From: an archaeon
GTDB taxonomy: Archaea > Asgardarchaeota > Thorarchaeia > Thorarchaeales > Thorarchaeaceae
Length of the DNA stretch: 64,000 bases
Reading direction: 5' to 3'
NCBI GenBank assembly: GCA_024276825.1
Contig: JAJRWI010000079.1
Span: 32,001-96,000, forward strand
Numbering within the stretch: the stretch's first letter is position 1; every line of letters begins with the position of its first letter. A program made the translations under genes and the position numbers. Positions 19,180 to 29,112 of this stretch are shown one piece after another. The notes below the pieces were generated by a model. The model searched no databases. It was not told the origin of the DNA and saw nothing but the letters and a program-made list of their open reading frames with translations.

Positions 19180-20148
19180 ATGAATGCTGATAAGAAGACA
19201 TTAGTAGACCTCTATAAACGCACTCTGAAGGTGCGGCTGTTTGAAGAGAAAGTATGGGACTTGTTCGGTCAGAATCTGATTCCAGGAACTCTACACTTGT
19301 ATCTTGGTCAGGAAGCAGTTGCAGCTGGAGTGACTGCTGCCCTAAAGAAGACAGATTGGATCCAGAGCACGCATAGAGGCCATGGACATGTTGTTGCCAA
19401 AGGCGCCAACATGAATGCTGCAATGGCAGAGTTGCTTGGAAAGAAGACAGGTTCGTGCAAAGGAAAGGGAGGATCGATGCACATCACACAGTTTGATGTG
19501 GGAGTGCTTGGTGCAACCGGAGTGGTTGCTTCAGGAATACCCATTGCAGTAGGAGCGGCTCTATCAGCCAAAATGAGAAAGGCCAATGAGGTTGTTGCAT
19601 GCTTCTTTGGTGATGGTGCCTCAAACAACGGGACATTTGGTGAATCATTGAACATGGCTGCCATCTGGAAGCTTCCAGTGATCTTCATTGTTGAGAACAA
19701 CCTGTATGCCATGGGAACACCAATTAAATTGACGTGCCCAAGTCAAGACATTGCCGCACGTGCTGAGGGCTATTGCATTCCAAGTACTGTCGTTGATGGA
19801 AACAATGCTCTAGAAGTCTATGAGGCCACAGTTAAGGCTGTTGAACGTGCGAGAAAGGGAGAAGGTCCCTCATTGATTGAGTGCAAGACCTACAGAATGC
19901 GGGGGCATTCACGGTTTGATCCCGCAAAGTATAGACCACCTGAAGAGGTCGAGTTCTGGATGAGCAAGGATGCAGTTGAGATAATCAAAAAGATAGCAAT
20001 TGAGAATGGAGCATTGACCGAGAAAGAAACAGAAAAGATTAGGAACAAGTTGCAGAAGGAGGTCGACAAGGCCGCCGATTTTGCAATCAAGTCCGACTAT
20101 CCAGCACCAGAAGAGGCACTGGAGGACGTCTTTGCGGAGGTGAACTAG
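19180..20148 (+). CDS. TPP-dependent 2-oxoacid/acetoin dehydrogenase E1 alpha
   Basis: HLYLGQEA, STHRGHGH, GKGGSMH, FFGDGA...NN TPP motif, TYRMRGHS. Confidence 0.93.
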   Translation: MNADKKTLVDLYKRTLKVRLFEEKVWDLFGQNLIPGTLHLYLGQEAVAAGVTAALKKTDWIQSTHRGHGHVVAKGANMNAAMAELLGKKTGSCKGKGGSMHITQFDVGVLGATGVVASGIPIAVGAALSAKMRKANEVVACFFGDGASNNGTFGESLNMAAIWKLPVIFIVENNLYAMGTPIKLTCPSQDIAARAEGYCIPSTVVDGNNALEVYEATVKAVERARKGEGPSLIECKTYRMRGHSRFDPAKYRPPEEVEFWMSKDAVEIIKKIAIENGALTEKETEKIRNKLQKEVDKAADFAIKSDYPAPEEALEDVFAEVN

Positions 20149-20149
20149 A

Positions 20150-21124
20150 ATGCCAGAGATGACTTACAGAGAGGCCTTGAAGCAGGGACTGCGAGAGGAG
20201 ATGCAAAGAGATGAACGTGTATTCCTCATGGGTGAAGACATTGGTCTGAACTGGGGAGGAGCGTTTAAGGTCACCAAGGGTCTTGCGGAGGAGTTTGGGG
20301 TTGAACGCGTACGAGACACTCCAATCTCGGAGAACACTATTGTTGGAGCTGCTGTGGGTGCTGCAATCACAGGACTTCGTCCAGTGGCAGAGATCATGTT
20401 TGGAGACCTCATCACGTTAGCCATGGATCAAGTATGCAACCAAGCCGCAAAGATGCACTACATGTTTGGAGGACAGAGGTCAGTCCCAATGGTCATCAGG
20501 ACAGTATTTGGAGGAGGCAAGAATATTGCATCACATCACTCCCAGAGCCTTGAGGCGTGGTTCATGCACACACCCGGCTTGAAGATAGCGGTCCCAGCTT
20601 TTGCTTATGATGTGAAAGGACTGATCAAGACGGCAATCAGAGACCCAAATCCAGTGATGTTCTTTGAGCACAAACTCGTGTATGACAAGAAGGAAGAGGT
20701 CCCTGAAGAGGAGTATCTCATTCCATTTGGTGAGGCAAAGATTCGTAGAGAGGGGGCTGATGTCACAGTGTGGGGCACATTCATCATGGTGCACAAGTCC
20801 CTCGAGGTAGCAGAAGAACTCGCCAAAGAAGGGATCAGTGTAGAAGTGATTGATCCAAGAACTCTCGCACCACTTGATAAGAAGACATTAATCGAGTCTG
20901 TTAAAAAGACTGGACGGCTTGTGGTCGTTAGCGAAGAAACAAAAACAGGAGCAGTCACTGCAGAGATTGCTGCAATGGTCCAAGAGGAGGCTTTTGACTG
21001 GCTGGATGCCCCAGTCAAACGAGTGAACGCGCCCGACACACCTGTACCGTTCAGCCCACCGCTGGAGAACTTTTTCATTCCTGATAAGGAGCGAATTGCC
21101 AGGGCCATCAGAGAGATTGTATAG
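20150..21124 (+). CDS. 2-oxoacid/acetoin dehydrogenase E1 beta
   Basis: MGEDIG, RVRDTPISE, GLRPVAEIMF, HHSQSLEAWF, EVIDPRTL. Confidence 0.93.
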   Translation: MPEMTYREALKQGLREEMQRDERVFLMGEDIGLNWGGAFKVTKGLAEEFGVERVRDTPISENTIVGAAVGAAITGLRPVAEIMFGDLITLAMDQVCNQAAKMHYMFGGQRSVPMVIRTVFGGGKNIASHHSQSLEAWFMHTPGLKIAVPAFAYDVKGLIKTAIRDPNPVMFFEHKLVYDKKEEVPEEEYLIPFGEAKIRREGADVTVWGTFIMVHKSLEVAEELAKEGISVEVIDPRTLAPLDKKTLIESVKKTGRLVVVSEETKTGAVTAEIAAMVQEEAFDWLDAPVKRVNAPDTPVPFSPPLENFFIPDKERIARAIREIV

Positions 21125-21137
21125 GAGACCCATCACA

Positions 21138-22382
21138 ATGGTCACAATCATGATCATGCAACGGATGAGTGTTGCAATGGAGTATGGCGTCATCCTCAAA
21201 TGGCTCAAGAAAGAGGGTGACAAGGTAAAGAAGGGAGAGCCAGTAGTTGAGATATTTGGTGAGAAGAACGAGTTTGAACTCGAGGCCCCTGCAGATGGCA
21301 TCCTGCTCAAGATTCTGTGTGAGGTTGACGATGAGATTCCTATCAGTGAACCAATTGCCATCATTGGCGAGAAGGGAGAGGAGATTCCAGATATCAGACC
21401 AAAAGTGCTCAATGCTCCAAAACAGCAGACAACCACGGCACCAACAATAGCTCCCGCAGAAGTCGTTCAGAGAGAACCACCAAGGATTCGGACGCCTACA
21501 ACAAGAACAACAACATCGGTTCTTTCAACCGGTAGAATCAAGGCATCACCAAGGGCAAGGAAGAAGGCTCGTGAACTCGGCATCGATCTTTCCACTGTTG
21601 TCGGGACGGGACCAGATGGAAGAATAGTTGAACGTGATGTGATTGCAGCTCAGACTACCACTGCCACACCGATAAGTGTCAATCTTGATAGGAATGTGAG
21701 AGCGGTGGAAGCCCTTACACCACTGCGCAGGACAATTGCAAGAAGGATGACTCAGAGCTCTCATAATCCACATATTACAATGATCACCGAGATCGACATG
21801 ACCGAGGTTGTTGCGCTTAGGGAGGAGATAAATGAGCGTACCGAACGAGAGCTTGGGATCAGGGTTTCGTTTAATGATATCATAGTCAAGGCGGTTGCTG
21901 ATGTCCTTGAGAGGTTTCCCAGGTTTAATGCCACACTTGTCGGAAATGAGCTGCACATGTTTGAGGATATTAACATAGGTGTTGCTATGGCTACTGATAA
22001 CGGCCTTTTGGTGCCTGTGGTGAGAGATGCCAACAAGAAATCTATCACCGAGATCGCAAAGGAAACCAAGGAGCTTGGTCGTAGAGCAAGGAACAACAAG
22101 CTAAAGCCTGAAGAACTCTCAGGCAGCACTTTTACTGTGTCGAACCTAGGACCTTTCAAGGTTGACCTGTTTATCCCTGTGATCAATCCGCCAGAAACCG
22201 CAATACTCGCATTGGGCCAGATAAAGAAGAAGCCTGTTGTAATTAATGACATGATTGCGATAAGGAGTATGATGATGGCTAGTTGTGCGGTTGATCATAG
22301 AGTACTTGATGGCGCCCCTGCAGGACGGTTCCTTCAGGCCTTAAAGGAAACACTTGAAAACCCGTTCTTCATGAAAATCTAG
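21138..22382 (+). CDS. Dihydrolipoamide acyltransferase E2
   Basis: Lipoyl domain (EIFGEKN), PSBD ASPRARKKARELGIDL..V.GTGPDGRI, catalytic DHRVLDG. Start at ATG 21138 after GGAG. Confidence 0.92.
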   Translation: MVTIMIMQRMSVAMEYGVILKWLKKEGDKVKKGEPVVEIFGEKNEFELEAPADGILLKILCEVDDEIPISEPIAIIGEKGEEIPDIRPKVLNAPKQQTTTAPTIAPAEVVQREPPRIRTPTTRTTTSVLSTGRIKASPRARKKARELGIDLSTVVGTGPDGRIVERDVIAAQTTTATPISVNLDRNVRAVEALTPLRRTIARRMTQSSHNPHITMITEIDMTEVVALREEINERTERELGIRVSFNDIIVKAVADVLERFPRFNATLVGNELHMFEDINIGVAMATDNGLLVPVVRDANKKSITEIAKETKELGRRARNNKLKPEELSGSTFTVSNLGPFKVDLFIPVINPPETAILALGQIKKKPVVINDMIAIRSMMMASCAVDHRVLDGAPAGRFLQALKETLENPFFMKI

Positions 22383-22493
22383 GCTCTGCTGGAACGAAAA
22401 TGAGTGATGGGAATCATTCAAGGAGGTCGTTTAACCAGTAATATTGAGGTATATCACCTGATAATAGAGTAAAATAATATATAAGCAGAACTA

Positions 22494-23318
22494 GTGAAGT
22501 ATACAGTGGGACAACATATGACTTGGCGTGTGATTGAGACCTCTGAGATGGATATATTCAGAAATCTTGCCATCGAGGAGGCTCTTGCAAAAGTCAACGC
22601 CGAATCAGAAGAGAAAGAATGTACGCTGAGGTTCTGGCAGTCAAATCCTGCAGTTGTAATGGGCCGTTTTCAATGTACGCACCTTGAACTCAATATTGAT
22701 TATTGCAGAGAAAATGGAATACCTATCGCGCGAAGATTCACAGGAGGAGGTACGGTGTACCATGATAAGGGAAACCTCAACATTACACTCTGCATGGACC
22801 AGAGCAGGCCCTATGTGTCGCGTACTCTTACTGAACTATATTGGAACTTCTTTGGAGCCATAGCCAACGCCTTGAGAAAGATCAAAGTGCCGGCATACTA
22901 TGATTCGGACAGACAATGTTTGAGAATAAATGGAAGAAAGATCACAGGTACAGCAGGTTGGCTCAAAAGGGGAGTATCATTCATTCATGGAACTCTATTA
23001 ATAGACTCAGACTTGCAACTCCTCAACAATTGCTTGCATGTCCCACCAAATCAGAAGGAGTATTATCGCAGTCAATCAAGGATACGATGTAAGCCTAGTA
23101 AACGCGATGTGGTCACGGTCATCACAAAAGAGGTTGGGATAAGTCCTTCTTTGAGTGAGATAAAGCGGGCAATCAGTGAACAACTTGCCAAAATCACTGA
23201 AGAAAAATTTGAGATTGGTGAACTCACTCAGGAAGAGATTGATGTAGCAGAGGCCTTATATCAGACTCGCTATAGTCAAGAAGAGTGGAACATGGGTATT
23301 CCAGCCAATAGCGAATGA
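22494..23318 (+). CDS. lplA: Lipoate-protein ligase A family
   Basis: NLAIEEAL, RRFTGGGTVYHDKGNLN, RKITGTA, HGTLL. Confidence 0.9.
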   Translation: MKYTVGQHMTWRVIETSEMDIFRNLAIEEALAKVNAESEEKECTLRFWQSNPAVVMGRFQCTHLELNIDYCRENGIPIARRFTGGGTVYHDKGNLNITLCMDQSRPYVSRTLTELYWNFFGAIANALRKIKVPAYYDSDRQCLRINGRKITGTAGWLKRGVSFIHGTLLIDSDLQLLNNCLHVPPNQKEYYRSQSRIRCKPSKRDVVTVITKEVGISPSLSEIKRAISEQLAKITEEKFEIGELTQEEIDVAEALYQTRYSQEEWNMGIPANSE

Positions 23319-23333
23319 TGGAGACTGTGAGAA

Positions 23334-23687
23334 TTGGCAGATCATGAGGTTGAAAAGATTCTAAAGAGTTTCATGCGACATTATGGAGCGCTCAATCGTG
23401 ACATTCCTGAAACAAGGAATGCATTTTCAGACTTATTGAAGACTGTACATAAAGACGGAGCTCTCCCGGCCAAGTTTAAGGAGATCATCTGCATTGTGGC
23501 CTCTGTGCTTGCACCCTGTGACTCGTGTATTGTCTATCATGTCAAACAGGCATTGACAGCAGGAGCCACAAGGGAAGAGATTATGGAGGCATGTGGTGTG
23601 GCCATTGTTATGGGCGGAGGACCAGCAGCAGCTCACCTCGCCCTTGTTCAAGATGCCCTTGATGAGTGGGCACCAAGAAAGAAGTGA
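23334..23687 (+). CDS. Carboxymuconolactone decarboxylase / AhpD family protein
   Basis: GALPAKFKEII...CDSCIVYH..ALTAGATREEI.EA..VAIVMGGGPA. Confidence 0.9.
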   Translation: MADHEVEKILKSFMRHYGALNRDIPETRNAFSDLLKTVHKDGALPAKFKEIICIVASVLAPCDSCIVYHVKQALTAGATREEIMEACGVAIVMGGGPAAAHLALVQDALDEWAPRKK

Positions 23688-23688
23688 G

Positions 23689-23706
23689 GGAGAGAATAAT
23701 CTCTCC
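23689..23706. terminator. Hairpin between convergent genes
   Basis: GGAGAGA-ataa-TCTCTCC followed by a T-rich tract. Confidence 0.5.
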
Positions 23707-23741
23707 AATCCATTTTTCCATATGAATTGTTATTTTAGCGT

Positions 23742-24092
23742 TCATTCAAAAGTCCGAACACATAGGAATTTGGCGGGGGACGCGCCATCATTGATGAACT
23801 GATGAGGCTCATTACTAGCTATGTGAATGACATCTCCCCGTTTCAGAGTAATCATCTCGTTACCGACCTTTACACGAATACTGCCTGACATCATATAGAC
23901 GCCATGCTCATGTTCATGAGTGTCATAGGAAGTATGACCTCCAGGCTGAATAATGTAGCACCGCATAGCAAACTTCTGTGACGAGTTGTCGGGATTAAGC
24001 AGCCGATGCCATAGCACACCAGTTATACCTTCTGCCATATATAGTTCATATTCAGACGCAGGAACATCTCTTGTGAGATACATGATTACCAC
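23742..24092 (-). CDS. Cupin domain protein
   Basis: FAMRCYIIQPGG...HEHEH...GDVIHI...EPHQF. Confidence 0.9.
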   Translation of the reverse strand: MVIMYLTRDVPASEYELYMAEGITGVLWHRLLNPDNSSQKFAMRCYIIQPGGHTSYDTHEHEHGVYMMSGSIRVKVGNEMITLKRGDVIHIASNEPHQFINDGASPAKFLCVRTFE

Positions 24093-24097
24093 CAGGA

Positions 24098-25141
24098 TTA
24101 GCTAAGATCTGTGAATAGAACCTTGATTGCCTTCTGGGTTTCCATCAACTCGAAGCCATCATCCCACTCATCAAGAGAGAGTCTGTGAGTAATGAGTGGG
24201 TTCACATCAATCTGACCACTGGCCATCATCTGAAGCGTAATCACCCAAGACGAAGGTATTGTCCCCCAAGTGCCCCCCATGGTGAGCTCCTTCTCAATCA
24301 TTGTGTCTATATTAATATCTGTAGGGCTACCTTGAACTCCAAGTATCGATATATGTCCAGTAGTCTTCACAAATTCCATGGCCTGCCTTCGTGCCGCAGC
24401 AGATCCTGAGGCCTCTATGACAACATCAGCACCATCAGCAATAGAAACACCCTGTACAATCTCAACAGCATCAGGTGAGGTTTGTACATCAATCGTCAGG
24501 TCAGCCCCTGTCTTCTTGGCAATATCAAGGCGCCAACTGTCAGCACTTGTTCCTGTCACTATGACCTTTCCAGCACCCATTGCACGAGCGACTTGAGCTG
24601 CCAACAGGCCCATGGTACCAGGACCCTGAACTACAACGACATCACCAGGAAAAATGGGAGTAGACTCTACGACAGAATGAACAACACAGGCAGTTGGTTC
24701 TGCCAAAGCGGCCTCTTCAAGTGATAGTCTATCGGGAACTTTGTGAATAATGTACTCTGGAGCAACAAGATACTTTGCAAAAGCTCCATCGGCCAATGAA
24801 ACCCCGAGGATTCTCTTGTTCTTTGCAGTGCATCTGTTCACATGGCCCATCTTACACTGATAGCAACGACCGCAATATGCGGTGGCGGGGGAAACCACTC
24901 TATCACCCACTTCAATGTCTTGAACATTGCTCCCCACCTCAACAACAGTGCCTGCATACTCGTGACCAAGAACAACAGGAGGTGTGTAAAAGGAGTGATC
25001 ATGTTTTATGTGAATGTCAGTGCCGCAGATGCCTGCAGCAGCGACTTCAACTTTGACCTCATTTGGCCCCGGCGTCGGTTCATCAACATCCATGAGTTCG
25101 ATATTTCCAACACCACGGTTCTTCTTCACAAGACCTCTCAT
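24098..25141 (-). CDS. Zn-dependent alcohol dehydrogenase (MDR; polyol/butanediol dehydrogenase-like)
   Basis: GICGTD, LGHEYAG, structural Zn CGRCYQC-x7-C, GPGTMG. Confidence 0.92.
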   Translation of the reverse strand: MRGLVKKNRGVGNIELMDVDEPTPGPNEVKVEVAAAGICGTDIHIKHDHSFYTPPVVLGHEYAGTVVEVGSNVQDIEVGDRVVSPATAYCGRCYQCKMGHVNRCTAKNKRILGVSLADGAFAKYLVAPEYIIHKVPDRLSLEEAALAEPTACVVHSVVESTPIFPGDVVVVQGPGTMGLLAAQVARAMGAGKVIVTGTSADSWRLDIAKKTGADLTIDVQTSPDAVEIVQGVSIADGADVVIEASGSAAARRQAMEFVKTTGHISILGVQGSPTDINIDTMIEKELTMGGTWGTIPSSWVITLQMMASGQIDVNPLITHRLSLDEWDDGFELMETQKAIKVLFTDLS

Positions 25142-25199
25142 TTCTGATCCTCTTGATGACTGAAGAGGCAGGTTCTAAGAATCTTGCGGAAGTGAATTG

Positions 25200-25469
25200 T
25201 TACTTGATAATGTTGAGAAATGTCTGTGGTTCTTCACCCTCATCAAGAGGTCTGACCTTGAACTGAGGACCATATTGCCCTCTGAGTCTTGATGCAACTT
25301 GAGCGCCAACGAACTTCTCTCGAACGCCTGTCTTCTTGCCTTTCCAGAGGAATATTGATTGGGAACGTTCATCCACGATGCAATAGGCCTTGGTGGACTC
25401 TAGGACATTATATGAAACTTCAATCTCCTCGTGTGTGCCATCAGGATGGATTTCGAATCCAACTATCAT
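25200..25469 (-). CDS. Single-domain gelsolin-like protein (1DGel-like)
   Basis: L.STKAYCIVD...IFLWKGKKT..REKFVGAQVA.....DEGEEP..F matches the gelsolin-domain consensus. Confidence 0.85.
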   Translation of the reverse strand: MIVGFEIHPDGTHEEIEVSYNVLESTKAYCIVDERSQSIFLWKGKKTGVREKFVGAQVASRLRGQYGPQFKVRPLDEGEEPQTFLNIIK

Positions 25470-25551
25470 TAGAGAAGGGCTCCTGTGGTGAAACATGCTT
25501 TGGTTCATGGTTGTTGTATCATGTCATTTCTTAAGAACTCGTATAATACAA

Positions 25552-25902
25552 TCAGACCTCTTCAAAAGTCGCCCTGACGACAGCACCACAATATGAGCAT
25601 TTTGCCTCCAATGGCCCGACCCAGTCAATGGTCTCATGACTGAGAGCTGCACCGCATGAAGGGCATTTAGTGGGTATTCGTACGGTTCTAATCCCTGAAC
25701 CATCAGCGCGGGTTCGCGATCTGTAGGATTCAGGTATAGCAAATTCAGGTGCTTCAAGAGTCATTGTTCTTCCAGCAGCCTTGCAGATTTTCACAAAGAC
25801 TACTACAACAATGATGATCATTAGGATCGGCACAATCATGAATATGATTGTGATTGCCCCGAATATTGAGAATATCCCGAAGGGATCGAAACCAATTTGC
25901 AT
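25552..25902 (-). CDS. Membrane-anchored zinc-ribbon protein
   Basis: N-terminal TM helix, CPSCGA...CSYCG. Confidence 0.75.
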   Translation of the reverse strand: MQIGFDPFGIFSIFGAITIIFMIVPILMIIIVVVVFVKICKAAGRTMTLEAPEFAIPESYRSRTRADGSGIRTVRIPTKCPSCGAALSHETIDWVGPLEAKCSYCGAVVRATFEEV

Positions 25903-26018
25903 GCGTATTCCTCGTTGCTTGGTGTGTGTGTTTTCAAATTAATTTGCTTATTACTTTTAAGGATGGCGTGGTTCGCCAAGGTTCACTTTGTGATTAGATA
26001 CATGAAAATACAGCACAT

Positions 26019-26225
26019 GGGGTTGCGCACAGATGCTGAGAAATGGGACAAACTTGGACACTCTTCAAATAAATGTTTGATAGAACCCTTGAAAAATGTA
26101 GGAGCTTGAATTGTGTGACACATACAAGAGAAAAGCAGTCCTGTGCCGTTCCAGGAAGGACTGGACTCTGATGTCCAAGAATGCCCAACTTACAATGAAC
26201 GGTTTCAACCGACATGAGAATCAAA
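26019..26225 (+). repeat. Dispersed intergenic repeat, copy 3 (diverged)
   Basis: GGGGTTGCGC..AGATGC..GACAAA.TTGGACAC and TGCCGTTCC.GGAAGGAC.GGACT.T.ATGTCCAAGA.TG.CCAA.TTACAATGAACGG...ATGAGAATCAAA are shared with copy 2. Confidence 0.8.
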
Positions 26226-26359
26226 AATGCTGGATATCAAGTCATGCCATTTTTTTAGAAAAAATGTGGTGTCAATTAATGAATAACTCATAGGAGCATA
26301 TATTAAGTCATTATAAGTCGTATATAGTATAATGCGTCAGACTTTCGGGGTCTTTTGAA

Positions 26360-28608
26360 ATGAAACATGGGACCAAGAGGATTCTAATTCTTTTACCAAT
26401 AATGATTATTTACATTATACTTCTGTATATCAGCGGACCAGACTGGAACACATCTCACGGGGTCAGTGTGATATATTCAGTGTTAGCATTTCTTTGTCTG
26501 ATATTAGTGGTTTCACTCAACAATCTCATCCGTATCGAAAATACAATCGCCAACCAGCTTATTGCAGGAACCGCTAATTATGGGTTCCTCGTCTTTGCAG
26601 GATCGGCAATCTCAAACCTATGGAGAGTTGACAACGGTCCAATTCACCTGCAGCCTCATGGGATATTATTGAATCTGATTGGTCTCTTAATAGCAAGCAC
26701 TCTGTTCTTTGCTTTTGGGCATCAAGTTGGTAAGAATGGGTCTAAGAGCGATTCTGGAGTCTTGTCGCATCTCAGAATCATTGTGGCTGTGATTGGAGTA
26801 GGAATATCTATTATGTTTGCAATAATAATTCGAGCAGACACACCCGTTGACATCATATTGATAGCTGGTTATGCAATTGGATCTATTGCATTTATTCTGT
26901 TTTTTGCAGCTGGAGTACTGATATTTAAGAAGAGGGAGTCTGTGATTTCAATAGACCCATATCGCATTGCAATCGCCGCATGGCTCCTCTCAGCTGCTGC
27001 AATCACTCACATTTACATTCTGTCTAGCCCATCGGTGTTGTGGCTACTTTCGATTGGATTCATTATAATGGCGTTCATCTATGCAGTGATTGGAATCACG
27101 GTCCATTACTTGATTATGATTGAGGTTGATTCAAAACGAGCATATGTATTCTCACTTGGCATCAATCTAGTCATTCTCTTTCCAGTTCTTGGGATCTACC
27201 TAATTAACAGCCTCACTGCAGGTACTACCATAGTGAATGTTGGTGTGACTGTCATCATTCACCTCAGTGCATCGTTGATGGCGGGAGGAGCGGCATATAT
27301 GATGATCATGAGGAGCAGGCGAGCACCCGTTCCATGGCATACTCCAATCATCCTTCTGCTCTTGTTCTGGTGTGCTGCTGAGATAATTATCAGCATTTCC
27401 CCCATGCTGCCCATATATAATGGCACAGTTTCATTAATGCCGTACATCATAGGGTCAATCATCGCCTCGTTGGTGCTCTATATTGCATATAGGGCTGCAT
27501 TTTCTCCAAGATTGAGTGTGGTGCAGTTCAGACCAAAGTGGTTCTATATCATGGCAATTGCCATATTCATCTTGATTCTTGTGTTTGCTGAGTTTGTCCG
27601 TTTTCAACTGTTTCAGGCATTCCCAGATTTTGCTCATGATAGCTTTGTTCAATCAGCATTGGCACCGACTATAATGCTTGTATTCAGCTATTTCACTCTG
27701 TTTGGCATGCTTAGCCTGTTTTTTGTACTGATAAGTCTGCACGGGGGGAGGTTCACATTCGATACAAACCTTGCAAATATTTCAGTGGTCTGGGTCATTG
27801 TTGTGCTGTTGCGCGCAAACTTCAGTGTCTGGACAACTGGCTGGTGGATGACTGACTTCTTGCTTTACTTGACTGCTGTGGGATGCATTCTCTATTTAAT
27901 CAAGGTTCATGTTGACGAAGTAAGAATACGAGAGGACTATCAAGAGCGTATCCTTATCCAAAAGGAGGTCCTATTGAAAGACTTGCTATCTGAGATTCAA
28001 ATGGTTGAAGACCATATAGAAGCGTTAGGTAGAACCAATGAGATGGACTCTCGCCTTGATATTGTTTCAAGGGCCTTGAGCCAGTTATCACATGCAGAGA
28101 GCATAGCTCAAAGAATCAATGCAGTTTTAACAGAGAGCGTCATTGCCAGTTCGGACCTGGTCCCAATGGATTTTGCAGAAATCTGCAAGACTGAGCTGAC
28201 AACTGAAAGAGTGGGATGTACTCCGACATTCACAGGCAGCCTCAAGGAGTGTACTATACTTGCCAATGATTTACTTGTTGATGCAATTCACAAGGTCATG
28301 GAGTTCCTGGTCAATCGAATTGGACTCCTAAATGAGTTGGCTGTGGAGTTTTCACATAACCTAGACAGCGAAACTCCAATGTGCATCGCCGAAATGAGAA
28401 TGACTATTAGAACAGACTATGCTCATGAGAGCAGAACATGCTCCTTAGGTACATGAGTTCCACTTCAAGTGAGGCTGTTGAGATCGCATATATTAGAAGG
28501 CTGATTAGTCTTTTTAAAGGGTCCATTGCGATAATGCCCAATGCTGCCGAGGAGGGACTTCTTGAAATTATCATCGAAATAGCGCTTAGAAAGGTATGTG
28601 ATGATTGA
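26360..28608 (+). CDS. Polytopic membrane sensor with degenerate histidine-kinase-like C-terminus (frameshift near 28430)
   Basis: Many TM segments, then a coiled coil and ILANDLLVDAI (N-box-like). An alternative frame continues EIAYIRRLISLFKGSI...EIIIEIAL to TGA at 28608. Confidence 0.55.
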
Positions 28609-28711
28609 GAACAAGACCCAGCAGTCAGAACAATTCAGCCCACTCGTAATCTATAAAAGAAGTGGAAACAAATCATTGAATTGAAAACCTCAGAGGAGGA
28701 CTTGTAGAAAA

Positions 28712-29071
28712 TTGCAGATTCCAACATTTCTCTTAAGAAAACTATATGTCAAAGGTAGTCTTGAAAATGTTGATGATGGATTCCAATTTAAGATAAAGAA
28801 CTCATTATCACCAGGAACGGCTATTGGCATTGAGCCGATCAAAGTTGACGATAAGGAATACCCATTGGAGAACACAATAATTCGTTCGGATGAAACAGAG
28901 GTTCCTGCAGCAGAGGTCACACAGGACAATTCATTCCCAATCAAAGTAGGGGTTGAGATCATTATTCATATCAAGGGAGAGAAATTGTCAGAAGGGGAGC
29001 ATAAGATCGATATTTCGATACAGACCAAAGAGGCTGGAAAACTCGCTTTTGATGTGAAGGACAGTATATAA
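28712..29071 (+). CDS. Conserved archaeal beta-sandwich protein of unknown function
   Basis: GAGGAGG SD; LRKLYVKGSL.N...GFQFKIKN.L..GT motif; host-like codon usage. Confidence 0.7.
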   Translation: MQIPTFLLRKLYVKGSLENVDDGFQFKIKNSLSPGTAIGIEPIKVDDKEYPLENTIIRSDETEVPAAEVTQDNSFPIKVGVEIIIHIKGEKLSEGEHKIDISIQTKEAGKLAFDVKDSI

Positions 29072-29079
29072 AAAAATGT

Positions 29080-29105
29080 ATGCAGAGGAGAAGTTCCCTC
29101 TGCAT
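29080..29105. terminator. Hairpin between convergent genes
   Basis: ATGCAGAGG...CCTCTGCAT. Confidence 0.55.
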
Positions 29106-29112
29106 TCTAATT

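Noticed and set aside
6915-26225. Repeat copies as CRISPR repeats or tRNAs
   Set aside because: Dispersed, no spacer periodicity, no cas genes, no cloverleaf or T-loop consensus.
25897-26293. Short ORFs in the divergent intergenic region
   Set aside because: They overlap repeat copy 3 and are not conserved as ORFs in the other copies.
28712-29071. HMG-CoA reductase label sometimes attached to similar small proteins
   Set aside because: 119 aa with no HMGR catalytic motifs.
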